IMG/VR virus record: IMGVR_UViG_3300026519_000002
Coordinates: 1-52,618 of that record
Length of the DNA: 52,618 nt
From: a virus
Lineage: Duplodnaviria > Caudoviricetes
Strand: one strand, 5' to 3'
Shown here: piece after piece, positions 27,947-38,153 of the stretch
How positions within the stretch are numbered: the first letter of the stretch is position 1
Layout: each line of letters starts with the position of its first letter
Position numbers and translations under genes: made by a program
The notes under the pieces: model-generated
Database searches by the model: none
What the model was told of the DNA's origin: nothing
What the model saw: only the letters and a program-made list of their open reading frames with translations

Positions 27947-28333
27947 TCATACCTCCACGTTGAACGACAGCAGCACCGTGCCGCCGTCAGGGCGGGCCAC
28001 CCCGAGCACCCACAGCCCAACGGCGCCGGCGTCGCCGTTCGGCCAGCCCACCAAGTCGATTTCGCTCGACTTGCCCGCGAGGTGTTGAATCGTAGGCTTC
28101 GGGAACGGTGTCTGCACCCACCACCACGTGAACAGCCGCCCCCCGAGCGCGGCGTCCGCCGGTGCCTCGACGCCGGCCACCGTCGCGGCCACCTGCACGT
28201 CGGTGGTCGCGACGGGCACCCGCGCATACCGGTGCGGGTACCCCTGCACGGGACTGAGTCGACTTGGGACCTCGTCGTCGACGAAGTCGGTGAACCCCGA
28301 AGGGGTCGTCACGCGTGCAGTGAAGTCGGGCAT
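27947..28333 (-). CDS. Hypothetical tail-region protein (128 aa)
   Basis: Start reassigned to ATG 28333, just after the upstream stop. Confidence 0.55.
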   Translation of the reverse strand: MPDFTARVTTPSGFTDFVDDEVPSRLSPVQGYPHRYARVPVATTDVQVAATVAGVEAPADAALGGRLFTWWWVQTPFPKPTIQHLAGKSSEIDLVGWPNGDAGAVGLWVLGVARPDGGTVLLSFNVEV

Positions 28334-28335
28334 GG

Positions 28336-29040
28336 TCAGAACTGAATGGCCACGATGTGCTGAGAGCTCCCGTCGCGCCAGACCCAATCCCGATCGTCCT
28401 CGGAGGTTGCGCTACCCCAGCCGACAACGCGCCAGTCGTTGGCGCCAAAGTACTCGAGCTCTACCCACGAATAGGTGAAGCCGCCGTTCAAGGTGCAGAT
28501 CACCGAGGCGTCTTCGTGGGCGAGGATGATGTTCTCCGACGGGCTCGACTGGCTGCGGCGGATACGAATGCGCTGCCCGGTAAGGGGCACAATCCCGGTG
28601 TGGCGGACCGTGTAGGTACGAACAGCGGTCAGCGCGGCGCTGATCCAGTAGGTGTCAGCCGCCACGGTGATGTCAGCGTCGGCGTCCCCGAGAGAGGTGT
28701 TCTGTCGGTAGCGGATGCCGGCGAGGTTCCCGGCGAAATTGATGCGGCTCTCTACATCCAGCGAGCTGGCGGAGTCGACCTGCATGGTAGCGCCCGTAAG
28801 GATCAGATCCCCAGTGACCTCGAGGGTCCCCGTCACGTCGGCCGTCCCGTTGCAGAGCAGCTGGTCCGTTCGGATCCCCCCGGGCCCGTCGATCTGGACC
28901 GGGGCGGCGGGTGAGTGACTCGACCCGTCGTCGCCATTGACGGCCTTGGCGTGGTCGATGTCCAGCTGGTTCGCCTGAGCGCTGGTCAGATCTGCCTTGA
29001 AGCCCCACCCGGGTGGGTTCACGCGTGTGAAGTTGGCCAT
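28336..29040 (-). CDS. Tail fibre-like protein
   Basis: LTSAQANQLD N-terminal anchor-like motif; G/T-rich beta repeats; follows the baseplate genes. Confidence 0.55.
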   Translation of the reverse strand: MANFTRVNPPGWGFKADLTSAQANQLDIDHAKAVNGDDGSSHSPAAPVQIDGPGGIRTDQLLCNGTADVTGTLEVTGDLILTGATMQVDSASSLDVESRINFAGNLAGIRYRQNTSLGDADADITVAADTYWISAALTAVRTYTVRHTGIVPLTGQRIRIRRSQSSPSENIILAHEDASVICTLNGGFTYSWVELEYFGANDWRVVGWGSATSEDDRDWVWRDGSSQHIVAIQF

Positions 29041-29056
29041 GCGTTGCTACCTCGAA

Positions 29057-29692
29057 TTACACCAGGAAGGTTACGTCTAGCGGGTCCTCGTCGAGCGTGA
29101 ACCCCTCCGACTGGTAGATGACGAAGTCGCACCAGGCCGGCAGCGACTTGTTGAGCAGGCGCTCGACGCTCCCCCGCTTGGACTCGTCGATGACGGGCCA
29201 CTTGACGAAGGCGAAGAAGTGCTCGCTGTAGGCGGGCCACTTCGCCGTATCCTGCGCCGCACCGAAAGGCTTGCCGTAGCGGGTCACCAGCGCTTCGGCG
29301 TGGGGCGCCACCACGAGCTCGATGGTGGGATCGATGCGCTGCAGCGCCGCCTCGAGGCCAGGGTCCGTGGCGTCCGGCACCCCCACGTAGGCCGCCGTGA
29401 CGGCCTCGGTGCGCGCCGCCAGTGTGTCCCCACCCGTCACCGCGAGGATGGCTTCGTAGATGGGCAGGTGCTCGATACCGAGCTGCGGGAACGCCTGCGC
29501 CGCCGCACGCTCCTGCATGCTCAGCACCTTGGCGATCCCCAGCGCCTTGGCCTGCCGCCACCGGTCCTCGCTGCTGCCCTCGGGGCCGGCGCCCCGCGTC
29601 CCGAGTCCGCTCCGGAGCTGACGCCAGATGACCTCGGCCCGGGTCGGACCGCCGCCGACCCGCATCGGCAGGGGGTTCATCGAGCCGAGCAT
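29057..29692 (-). CDS. Baseplate wedge protein (Mu gp48-like)
   Basis: LPIYEAIL...LAAR and LNKSLPAW motifs; downstream of the J-like gene. Confidence 0.6.
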   Translation of the reverse strand: MLGSMNPLPMRVGGGPTRAEVIWRQLRSGLGTRGAGPEGSSEDRWRQAKALGIAKVLSMQERAAAQAFPQLGIEHLPIYEAILAVTGGDTLAARTEAVTAAYVGVPDATDPGLEAALQRIDPTIELVVAPHAEALVTRYGKPFGAAQDTAKWPAYSEHFFAFVKWPVIDESKRGSVERLLNKSLPAWCDFVIYQSEGFTLDEDPLDVTFLV

Positions 29693-30147
29693 CAGAAGGC
29701 CTCAAACCAAACGTCGCCGTCCACCGTGGACCCCGCCGCGTCGAACAGGTAGACGTCGACCTGAGATCCCGACGCCGTGGCGGTGACCGAGCGGGCCGCC
29801 GCGCCCTGAACGAAGCCACGCGCCCGCGTCAGCGCGATCGCCACGGTGTTGCCTGCCTCGTCGTCCGCGGTGGCGGGGTACGTGATGCGGTAGTGCCCGG
29901 TGGCCACGTGGGAAAAGGTCGGTGCGGCGCCACCGTCCGGCGCCCAGCTCTCTTCGTGGGCCGCGAGCGCGTTGCTCACAATGAGCCCGCCACACCTCGA
30001 CGACAGCAGGTTCATGCCGCACACCTGATGGAACAGCATCTCGATGAACCGCGCGCTGACGTAGTACGTCTCGTCGACGGCCTCGTCGAAGTCCTTGCGC
30101 TTGGGGCCAAGCGTGGCGCGGCTGATGCGTGTGGGGAATCCTGCCAT
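29692..30147 (-). CDS. Hypothetical baseplate/fibre protein (151 aa)
   Basis: Start ATG 30147; TGHYRITY beta motif. Confidence 0.55.
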   Translation of the reverse strand: MAGFPTRISRATLGPKRKDFDEAVDETYYVSARFIEMLFHQVCGMNLLSSRCGGLIVSNALAAHEESWAPDGGAAPTFSHVATGHYRITYPATADDEAGNTVAIALTRARGFVQGAAARSVTATASGSQVDVYLFDAAGSTVDGDVWFEAF

Positions 30148-30149
30148 GG

Positions 30150-31745
30150 CTACTCCGCGTAGAGACCGACGTGCCCTGCAACCATGAGGTCGGGACCGTC
30201 GGCGGGATCGGTGGGAAGGATCGGCACCGCGGGGCTCGCCGATTCGAGCGTCTCGTTGGCGATGGCCGCCGACAGCGCGTCTCGCAGGTACGTGAGCACC
30301 CCCGACCCCACGCGCTGCGGAGCCTGCTCGAGTGCCTCGGGGAACCGGAAGGCGCGGTGCGCGCGGTCGTCGGTGTCGAGGTCGATGACCTCGCCGGGTC
30401 CGAGCGAGTCGAAGTAGGCCTCGATCGCCACGTCCATGGTGCCTCGTCGCCCGTTGTCCGGCGAGATGTACTGCCCCACCGCCAGCGTCGTCGCCGGCGC
30501 CGTCGCCAGCACCACGTCGTAGGCGTCGCCGCCGGCCGCGGTGACGGACTGCACGACGAGCTTCTCGAGCCGGCTCGTGTCCGGATCCCACACCATCATC
30601 GACGGCGCCGTCACTCCGGCGGGGAGACCGTCGGCGCCGGCGGGCTGGGTGATCTCGATGTTCTGCTGGTCGGTGACCGCGGTGATGGTGGTCGGCGTCC
30701 CGGAGTCCTGGTGCGGCCACGGCGTCGCGTCGGTCCAGCCGGCGCTCGAGCCCTTCCGCATGGCGAGCGACAACACGAGGTCGCTCGGGCGAGCCACCGG
30801 GCGCACGACGAGCACGTGCGGGGGGCGGGGCACGCGCGGCGACCCCGGTGGCGTGAGCTCGGCGCGGACGTCTTGCAGGGTCGCGTCGGTGGGGATGCGA
30901 CCGTCGGGGCCAGCAGTGACCCCCCGTTTGCTCGTGATCACGACCAGCGTCGAGCCGGCGTGAAAGGCGCAGGGGTACACGTAGGCGTCGAAGACGCTGA
31001 CGCTCGCCTCGCGCGCCCAGGCGCGGAAGTGAGCCGGGTTGCCAGAGGCCGGACGATGGCGCTGGTGGTCCATGATGCGCCGCGCGTAGTCGGCGTCGCG
31101 CTCAGCCGCGGCGCCGTCGCGGAAGTCGTCCGACGCCGTCGGGTCCCCGTTGACCCCGAGCGGCTGGTTCTCGATGTAGGTCAGGACGCTGCCCGACGGC
31201 AGGTTGGTATCCTCGCCGGTATCGATCCCCTTGAGCGTGAGGTTCGCGCCGGGGACGCCGCTGCCGGCCCCGTTGGCGGTGGCCGTGATGGTGAACAGCA
31301 CCTGGTACCGGTTGCCGGCCGCGTCGCGAAGCTTGGTCGCGATGGGGTCGGGGATCGTCGTCGACCCGACGAAGACGCTGCCCACCGTCGCCGGCGCCGC
31401 CACGGGCCCGCTGCCGCCCGTGGCCGGCAGAGGGACCAGGCCCCACAGGTCGCGGTGGTAACGTCGCAGGAAGCCTGTGGAGGCGCGGTCGGGGCGGATC
31501 TGATTGGCCAGGTACAAACCCCGCTGCTGCGCTGCCAACAGGACCGCGTCGAGCAGGTCGGCCTCGATCCACCAGCGGCTCTGGCGTGCCGTTGAGGACG
31601 CGATGGCGTCCTCGGTGTAGGCCACGCCCGTCGACGGATCGATGAGCTTGCGCAGGCCGTTACGCCAGAAGCGCAGGATGTCGTCTCGGATCTCACCCCG
31701 CCGGAAGACGACGAAGGCGCGCTCGGCCGCCACCAGACTGGTCAC
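30150..31745 (-). CDS. Baseplate J / Mu gp47 family protein
   Basis: PDRASTGFL, DGAAAERDADYARRI, SGNPAHFRAWA, AYVYP. Confidence 0.85.
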   Translation of the reverse strand: MTSLVAAERAFVVFRRGEIRDDILRFWRNGLRKLIDPSTGVAYTEDAIASSTARQSRWWIEADLLDAVLLAAQQRGLYLANQIRPDRASTGFLRRYHRDLWGLVPLPATGGSGPVAAPATVGSVFVGSTTIPDPIATKLRDAAGNRYQVLFTITATANGAGSGVPGANLTLKGIDTGEDTNLPSGSVLTYIENQPLGVNGDPTASDDFRDGAAAERDADYARRIMDHQRHRPASGNPAHFRAWAREASVSVFDAYVYPCAFHAGSTLVVITSKRGVTAGPDGRIPTDATLQDVRAELTPPGSPRVPRPPHVLVVRPVARPSDLVLSLAMRKGSSAGWTDATPWPHQDSGTPTTITAVTDQQNIEITQPAGADGLPAGVTAPSMMVWDPDTSRLEKLVVQSVTAAGGDAYDVVLATAPATTLAVGQYISPDNGRRGTMDVAIEAYFDSLGPGEVIDLDTDDRAHRAFRFPEALEQAPQRVGSGVLTYLRDALSAAIANETLESASPAVPILPTDPADGPDLMVAGHVGLYAE

Positions 31746-32182
31746 GTGGTCACCTCGCGCAGCTGCCCGCTCCGGAGGTTGCGGTAGTGGATGATCACCT
31801 GCCCCGTGTCAGGGGTCGCGCCGACGGATGGCGACTCGCTCGAGATGGCCAGGATCGCCACGTCCCCACGCTCGACGAACGGCCGGAGGATGCTCCGGGC
31901 CTCGTCCTCAAGCTCGCGCGGGGTGGCGTCGGTGACCTTCTCGATACGCCGGAAGTTCTGCCCCTGGTCGATCACCGCCACCCCTGTGCCGCGCCAGAGC
32001 CGGAACTGCTCGAGCACCGCCGCGTCCACGGGGTGCGGCGCCTCGGTGATCGAACCGAAGTCCCCCGTCCGGAGGTCGATCGCGTCGGCCAGCATCGGCG
32101 GCGGGCCTGGCTGACCAAGGTGCTCGCTCGGCGAGAAGAAGCTCACCGGGCTCAGCCCGGCCGGCGGGATCACGTAGGACAC
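31742..32182 (-). CDS. Baseplate wedge / sheath initiator (gp46/gp25-like)
   Basis: Position between spike and J; ELEDEARSILRPFVERG. Confidence 0.6.
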   Translation of the reverse strand: MSYVIPPAGLSPVSFFSPSEHLGQPGPPPMLADAIDLRTGDFGSITEAPHPVDAAVLEQFRLWRGTGVAVIDQGQNFRRIEKVTDATPRELEDEARSILRPFVERGDVAILAISSESPSVGATPDTGQVIIHYRNLRSGQLREVTT

Positions 32183-32206
32183 ATCGAGGGGGTAGCACCC
32201 GACCTC

Positions 32207-32419
32207 TCAATCGAGCGGACAGGTCACGCCCGGTAGACTCGGCAGCGCCGGCAAACCGGGCAGCCCCGGCAACGCGAAGCCGAACGCGGGGGGGAACGGC
32301 GGCAGCCCCGGCAACGCAAACGGCAGCCCCGGAAGCGAGGGCAGCTGGGGCAACGGCGGCAGCCCCGGCAACGCGAAGCCGAACGCGGGGGGGAACGGCG
32401 GAAACGCGCAGTTGCTCAC
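32207..32419 (-). CDS. Pro/Leu/Phe-rich 70-aa protein with terminal cysteines
   Basis: Fills the gap between spike and gp46-like gene; contains an internal 44-bp exact repeat (32259-32302 = 32358-32401). Confidence 0.55.
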   Translation of the reverse strand: MSNCAFPPFPPAFGFALPGLPPLPQLPSLPGLPFALPGLPPFPPAFGFALPGLPGLPALPSLPGVTCPLD

Positions 32420-33250
32420 TCACACGCCCTTGAGCTGCGAGGTGTATTCGGGGACCGCAAGGGGCGCCACCAGGCCCGCCTCACCCAGAGCCTTGAGCTG
32501 GCCATCCGCCGCACCGAGCGCCGTGTTCACCTCGCCGATCCATGCGTTGAGCTCGGTCTTCTTGGCGAGCTCCTGAATCGATGGGTCCACGTTGGGGTCC
32601 GCTGCCGAGCCGATGACCGTGCCGCCGACGATGGTGACGCTCGCCGCATTCACGGTCACCTCGCCCGAGTCCTTCACCTCCACGTAGCCGTCGCCCCCCG
32701 AGTTGCACAGGATGATCTGCCCGTCCGGACCGAGCGTGATGCTCTGCCCCGACTCGTGCAGCATGATGATGCTGGCGTCCGAGGCCTCGCTGTTGATGGT
32801 CAGCACCGAGGCCTTGTCGGGCGAGCCGTCGGGGTTCTTCCGCAGCGCGTAGAGCGTCGCTACCGTCCCGTTCTTCGACGCGTTCCACGCGAGCTCGACG
32901 AACCCGCCGCCGTAGTGGGCGATCCCCATGGCGCCGTCGCTGGGATTGACGCTGGCGTTGCAGCGCAGGTCCCTGCCCGCCAGCGGGATCACCTCGTCGC
33001 CGTACCGCACGGCGACCACCTCGGCCGCACCCTCGGGATTGAGCCCGTCGGCGTCCTCGGCCGAGGTCGGCGGCATGGGGCGGACGTAGAACCCGATCTG
33101 GCCGTAGAGGGGCTCTTCGGTCGAGCCCTCTTCGGTACCGTCCTCGCCCTCGATCAGAGACAGGTTGGCCAGGATGGAGTTGCTTGCCCCCTTCAGGACG
33201 GTCGCGGCGATGCGCCCGAAGGCGATGGCGTATTCGGTCAGTGGTTTCAT
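32420..33250 (-). CDS. Baseplate spike (Mu gp45-like)
   Basis: YGQIGFYVRP...AEVVAV...GRDLR followed by beta-helix-like repeats. Confidence 0.75.
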   Translation of the reverse strand: MKPLTEYAIAFGRIAATVLKGASNSILANLSLIEGEDGTEEGSTEEPLYGQIGFYVRPMPPTSAEDADGLNPEGAAEVVAVRYGDEVIPLAGRDLRCNASVNPSDGAMGIAHYGGGFVELAWNASKNGTVATLYALRKNPDGSPDKASVLTINSEASDASIIMLHESGQSITLGPDGQIILCNSGGDGYVEVKDSGEVTVNAASVTIVGGTVIGSAADPNVDPSIQELAKKTELNAWIGEVNTALGAADGQLKALGEAGLVAPLAVPEYTSQLKGV

Positions 33251-33257
33251 GTCGTCC

Positions 33258-34391
33258 TCACACCACCCAAATCCCCGGGGCCACGGCTGCGATCGACGTC
33301 GTCGCCGCCCCCGTCGTCGACAGCGCCAGCGAGACGCGGACGATCAGAAACCGCCCCTTGCCCTCGGGCCCGAGCGCGTCGACGTCGACGTCAACGGTGG
33401 TGTCGTTGGCCCATGGGATCTGGATGCTCCCGTCCCAGTAGCTCCAGCCGTCCACCGTAAATTCGAAGCCGTTCTTGCGCCGTTGTCGGGCGCTTAGCTC
33501 GCGCAGGGCGATGGCGTCGGCGTGGCTCTGCTGCTTGGCCTGGCTGCCGCTGACGAGGACCTGGCGATTGAAGTGCCCCGTGGCCGTGGCCACCGCCTCC
33601 ACCTCATCGTCGGTCGCCAGCCCACGGATCCGTTTGCGGGCCGACTGCTGGCCGCGGTCCTGCCCGGTGACGGTCACGGTGCGCGCTACGTCGGTCCAGT
33701 CCCGGACCCGCCGAAAGGTCAGCACGTTGTTGCCCTTAGCACGGCCAACACGCTTGGACTGCAGGCGGTAGAGCGGCGTCTGGGTGTCGTCGGGGACCCC
33801 CACCACGATTCGGCCGTCAGGGGCGTCCCAGTGCGTGGCGTGGAACCGGGCGAGGTGGCGCTCGACGGCGTCGTGAATCGACTCGCCCGGCTGGACCTTG
33901 GCCTGCTGCGGATTGAGCTTCTCGAGGTCGGTGACAGGCCCACCGCCAGCGCCAGCCCCGGTCATGAGGTCACGAGCCGCGAAGGTCCCGAAGACGAAGT
34001 CTGCCTCGGTGAAACCGAGAGGCGCGTAGCAGGCGAGCACGAATTCCTTGATAGTCGTGCCCTCGACGCGGACCGTCTCGTCGGCCGTCCGGTACCGGGC
34101 GTCGGCGAGCTTGGTCCGGATCGTGAGCGTCAGCCCCACCCCGCTTTGCGTGGACGCGGGCACCTCGTTGACCTCGGCCCGGCCCGCGAGTCGGGGCTTG
34201 CCGTTCAGCGTGACCCGCCAGCTCACGCCCGGTTTGACGAGCCGCTCGAGCTCGGGCCACGCGCCATCGTCGCCGACTTCGATCGTCGCCTCGGTCAGCC
34301 CGACGATGTCGTTGACGACCTCGAGTCGGCTGAACCGGTCGAAGACGCCCTCGTCCGTCTCGACCAAGATCCGGTCGGGCTTGCGGCTCAT
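33258..34391 (-). CDS. Baseplate hub (Mu gp44/P-like)
   Basis: KVQPGESIHDAVER, DAPDGRIVV, GNNVL, VDGW...PW..N motifs. Confidence 0.85.
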   Translation of the reverse strand: MSRKPDRILVETDEGVFDRFSRLEVVNDIVGLTEATIEVGDDGAWPELERLVKPGVSWRVTLNGKPRLAGRAEVNEVPASTQSGVGLTLTIRTKLADARYRTADETVRVEGTTIKEFVLACYAPLGFTEADFVFGTFAARDLMTGAGAGGGPVTDLEKLNPQQAKVQPGESIHDAVERHLARFHATHWDAPDGRIVVGVPDDTQTPLYRLQSKRVGRAKGNNVLTFRRVRDWTDVARTVTVTGQDRGQQSARKRIRGLATDDEVEAVATATGHFNRQVLVSGSQAKQQSHADAIALRELSARQRRKNGFEFTVDGWSYWDGSIQIPWANDTTVDVDVDALGPEGKGRFLIVRVSLALSTTGAATTSIAAVAPGIWVV

Positions 34392-34413
34392 GCCTTGTTT
34401 GCGCCCCCGCCGC

Positions 34414-35337
34414 TCACGCGAAGACCCTCACCGGCGTGTCGCGCTCGATGCGCAGCAGATCCGGCAGCTGGCTGTTGAGCGGGATCAGGTCTGTCACGTC
34501 CTGGCCCACCACCGTAGCCACGTCGAAGATCGACATGGCCGTGGTGAACGTCCGGTTGACGATCCGACCGAGGTGCTCGTGGGGTTCGGCCGGGGCGCGA
34601 GCGGCGACGTCTCGCAACCGGTTGAGCTGGCGATGGGTGCGGCTCGAATCGGGCTCGCCGAACAGGTCCCCCTGCGCAGCCATCGTGTCACCAATGCGGT
34701 CGACCGAGGCGACCAGGTTGCCGCTCTTGGCCTCGATGTCCGCCACGAACTGCGACGGGGCGTTGGCGAGATGCTCGAGATCGGCCGCGAGCTCGGTGAG
34801 CGAGCTCAAGTTGTCGTTCTCGAGCCCCAGCCCCTGGCCCGCGTCGAGGGCGTCCTGGGCGAACTTGGCAGCGACCGCCGAAGCGCTCGGCGCCTGCGCA
34901 GCAGCCACCTCCGCGTCGTCCTCGTTGTCCTCCATCCACGTGATGACGAGGCCAGCCATGTCGACCTTCGTGGCATCCTCCATCCGCCGCCACGTGTGGG
35001 CCCGACACCGGCGCGGCCCCTTCGTGGGAACGGTCAGGGTGCCCGTCTCGTGGACCAAACAGGACTCGATGAGCGCGATCGCGAGGTCCGGATACTGCGC
35101 CAGCCCGTCAACACCTTCCTCGTGGTTCGGGGAGTTGAATACCGAGATCGTGAACGTGTAGGTCGTGGCGCTCGCGCCCGTGTCGTCGACGCGGGCCCCG
35201 TCCCGATAGAGCCGCTCGTGCGGGGCGAGCCGGTTGCCGCCATTCTCCTCGAGGAGCTCAAACGGGAACGTCAGGGCGGGCTTGCCCTTCACCTCCCACT
35301 TGGCGACGGGGTACCGGTCGAAAATGCCTTCGGCCAT
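34414..35337 (-). CDS. Mu gpN-like DNA circularisation protein with C-terminal LysM-like region
   Basis: GGNRLAPHE..YRDG..VDDTG, GTLTVP motifs. Confidence 0.8.
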   Translation of the reverse strand: MAEGIFDRYPVAKWEVKGKPALTFPFELLEENGGNRLAPHERLYRDGARVDDTGASATTYTFTISVFNSPNHEEGVDGLAQYPDLAIALIESCLVHETGTLTVPTKGPRRCRAHTWRRMEDATKVDMAGLVITWMEDNEDDAEVAAAQAPSASAVAAKFAQDALDAGQGLGLENDNLSSLTELAADLEHLANAPSQFVADIEAKSGNLVASVDRIGDTMAAQGDLFGEPDSSRTHRQLNRLRDVAARAPAEPHEHLGRIVNRTFTTAMSIFDVATVVGQDVTDLIPLNSQLPDLLRIERDTPVRVFA

Positions 35338-35356
35338 GGCCTACGGTGACACGTCG

Positions 35357-37393
35357 TCAGGTGGCCGAGCCGGGACGGGGCGCTGCGCCCGGCGTCGGTG
35401 ACGGTGCGCTTCGGATCTCGTCGGCGTTCAGCACCCGCACCCGAAGCTCTTGCCGTGCAATCCCCGCCGCCGTCTCGCGCGCGAGCTGGCTGGCCTGCTG
35501 CGCCTGCCTCGACGGGTCGATCTCCACCTTCACCTCGGGGAGGGTGACGTTGGGCTTGCCGCCCCGCTGCTGCTGTTCGACCTGGCGCCCGATCGAGGCG
35601 ACGAGATCCGCGAGCCCCGTCTGCGCGTCCTGGTTGGCGATCTGCGTGCGCTCGGTGGTGATCTGCCCGTCGGCGCCATGCACATCGCGCAGCGCGTACC
35701 GTTCGGGCGCGGTGTCCCCGAAGCCGAGCCCCAGAAACCCACCCTCGCCGAAGGTTCCGTAGTCTTCGTCGATCGCGCGGGTGCCGCTGCGAACCGCGTT
35801 GGCCGTCAGCTCTTCGCGCGCGCGCTCGCGCTCTTGAGCCCCCATTCGGGCCGCCTCGACCGGGTTGTAGGTCCCGGCCTCGTCCTTCAGCTTGCCGAGC
35901 TGCTCGAACACGGATCCGATGGACGCTCCCGCCAGCGCGATCGCCGGCGCCGCCGCGAAGCCCCTGGCGATGAGCCCGCCCGTCGACGCCGCCTGCGCCG
36001 CCATCTGGGCCGCCGCAGCCTTACCAATCGCCGCCCCGCCCCCGCCCGCGCCACCGCCAGCGAGCATGCCCCCGATGGCCCCACGCCCGAAGACAGCCGA
36101 CGCCCCGAGCGCCCCCGCGGTCATGGGACTGTCGGTGATGAAACCCAGCAGCTTGGCCATGGCGTCCGCCACCGGTGGCAGCACCTCCGCCAGCTTCGTC
36201 AGCGCCCCAATCATCTCGGGCGTCGTGAACGCCTCCTGCAGCTTCACGATCGCGCGGTCGACGCGTCCCTGCGTCGAGTCCAGGTTGCTCGCCGCCTTCT
36301 CTTGAATCTTCGACCACGCCATGGCCTCGCCCGCCGCACCGTTGAGCGCCTTGGCGATCGCGTCGCGGGCCGCGTTGATGTCGCCCCCTGTCGCGTCGAG
36401 CTCGGCGCGGAACGTCTTGGCGAGCGCCATGATGGTCTGCAGGCCCTCGCCGCCAAAGCCAAACTCCCCAAGCTCGGCCGCGTTGCCCTGCGTGGCCATG
36501 ACGATGTCGGCCAGGATGTCCGACGGCGAGCGCGGACGGCCCTGCGCGTCGACCGTTCCGATCTCGATCGGGACCTTGCCCCCCGACTTCAGGACGCCCT
36601 TGTCGGTGCGCTCGAGGATCTGATCGAAGATCTGCGGGATGGCCGTCATGGCCTGCTCGAATCGACCGCTCTCCTGCTTGGCGAGGTTGAGGATCCCGAG
36701 CATTTGCTGAAGCCCCTCGGTCCCCGTGGCCCCCATGGCCTTGGCCTTACCGCCAACCTCGGCAAAGTCGTCGGCGAGGTCCTCGATCGACGCGCCGCCG
36801 GCGTGGGCGGCCGACACCACCATGGCCATGGCCTCGGGGAGCTCCTGCGCGCTCAGGCCGAACTTCTGGTTGAGGGTGCCGGCGATCTTACTCAGCGCCG
36901 TGACGTCGTCGCCGGTCGCTCGGGCGGTGGTGCCGATGGTGCTCAGCGCTGCGTTCATGAACTCGGCGTCACCGGTGCCGCTGAATAGCTCGTCCATGGC
37001 GCGCCCAAGTTCCTCGGCCTGAATGCCCGTCTGACGGGCGACCGTCTTGGCGCGGGCCTGCACCTCGAGCCAGTCGTGAGCGCGCCCTGTGCCCGCCTCC
37101 AGCGCGAACGACAGGTTGCGGAACTGGGTCTCTGCGTCGATGGCCCCCTTGGCGAGCTCGGCGAGGCCCAGCCCACCCGCGATCCCCCCCACGAGCCCCG
37201 TCACGTTCTTGAGCTGGCTACCCATGGCCCGCAGGGCGTCCATGCCCCCGTCGACGCCACGAGACATCGACGAGCGCAGCTTGGCCCCCATGTCCCGGGC
37301 GCCCTGCCCCACGGTCTGCGCCGTGCGCTGAAAGGTCCGAACGAACCCCCGGTCCTTGAGCGTCAGTCGGACTGCTGCGGTCGTCTCAGCCAT
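35357..37393 (-). CDS. Tape measure protein (678 aa)
   Basis: Ala/Gly-rich helical; lies after the tail chaperone. Confidence 0.85.
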   Translation of the reverse strand: MAETTAAVRLTLKDRGFVRTFQRTAQTVGQGARDMGAKLRSSMSRGVDGGMDALRAMGSQLKNVTGLVGGIAGGLGLAELAKGAIDAETQFRNLSFALEAGTGRAHDWLEVQARAKTVARQTGIQAEELGRAMDELFSGTGDAEFMNAALSTIGTTARATGDDVTALSKIAGTLNQKFGLSAQELPEAMAMVVSAAHAGGASIEDLADDFAEVGGKAKAMGATGTEGLQQMLGILNLAKQESGRFEQAMTAIPQIFDQILERTDKGVLKSGGKVPIEIGTVDAQGRPRSPSDILADIVMATQGNAAELGEFGFGGEGLQTIMALAKTFRAELDATGGDINAARDAIAKALNGAAGEAMAWSKIQEKAASNLDSTQGRVDRAIVKLQEAFTTPEMIGALTKLAEVLPPVADAMAKLLGFITDSPMTAGALGASAVFGRGAIGGMLAGGGAGGGGAAIGKAAAAQMAAQAASTGGLIARGFAAAPAIALAGASIGSVFEQLGKLKDEAGTYNPVEAARMGAQERERAREELTANAVRSGTRAIDEDYGTFGEGGFLGLGFGDTAPERYALRDVHGADGQITTERTQIANQDAQTGLADLVASIGRQVEQQQRGGKPNVTLPEVKVEIDPSRQAQQASQLARETAAGIARQELRVRVLNADEIRSAPSPTPGAAPRPGSAT

Positions 37394-37468
37394 GGCGTTC
37401 CTCCACGTGCTCCTCGACGCGCTGTCGCAGGCTCGGAGCGAACATCCGCGCCCAGAGCTCCGGCGGCA

Positions 37469-38146
37469 TCAGTCCTCCGTCGAGGTCGCGGGCGATGGCG
37501 ATGAGGACTTGGGCGTCGGTGAGCTGCTGAGCCGGGACGCCATGGAAACAATGAAGCTCTCGCGCGCGCGCCCATCGATAGCGAGTAAAGGGCCAGTGTG
37601 GCCCTTTCCGGCGATGGCCGCGGCGATCTCGACCAGCTGGTCCTCGTTGAGATCACCAATACGGGGGTCCTCCTGCATGGCCCACCAGTCGAGCCGCTCG
37701 AGCAGGTCGTACAGCGCCCCCTGCGGGTGGTGCGCATCGAGGATCTCCGGCAGCGCGTAGCGTCGGTACGGCTCGTCCGTTTCGAAGACGCAGTGACTGA
37801 GCAGGCACACGTTGTCGATGTGCTGCCAGTAGACCTCGCCCGCTCGCGCCCGGATGGCGTCGATCGTGACCGCCTCGCCCTTGCTCAAGCTGAGCAGCTC
37901 GGCGCCCCATCGCAGCGCGTCGCGCCGGGCCCGAACCTTCTCGGTTGTCGAGGGGATCCGCACCAGCACGTCGACCGCTTCCTCCTGCCCGGTCTTGACG
38001 ACGCGGCGCTTGATCTGCTCGGGGTAGAGGTGCCGGCCGCCGTGCTCGAGGATCTCGATCTCGGACAGGTCCTTGCCTTCGAACCACCGCGCCGTCGTCG
38101 ACGACGGCGCCCAGGTTGGCGTCTGCTCACCCAGCGCGGTTTCCAT
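37469..38146 (-). CDS. Tail assembly chaperone (with a -1 frameshift extension to 37386)
   Basis: Between tube and tape measure; in-frame slippery C CCT TTA at 37592-37586. Confidence 0.75.
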   Translation of the reverse strand: METALGEQTPTWAPSSTTARWFEGKDLSEIEILEHGGRHLYPEQIKRRVVKTGQEEAVDVLVRIPSTTEKVRARRDALRWGAELLSLSKGEAVTIDAIRARAGEVYWQHIDNVCLLSHCVFETDEPYRRYALPEILDAHHPQGALYDLLERLDWWAMQEDPRIGDLNEDQLVEIAAAIAGKGHTGPLLAIDGRARESFIVSMASRLSSSPTPKSSSPSPATSTED

Positions 38147-38153
38147 GGCGCGC

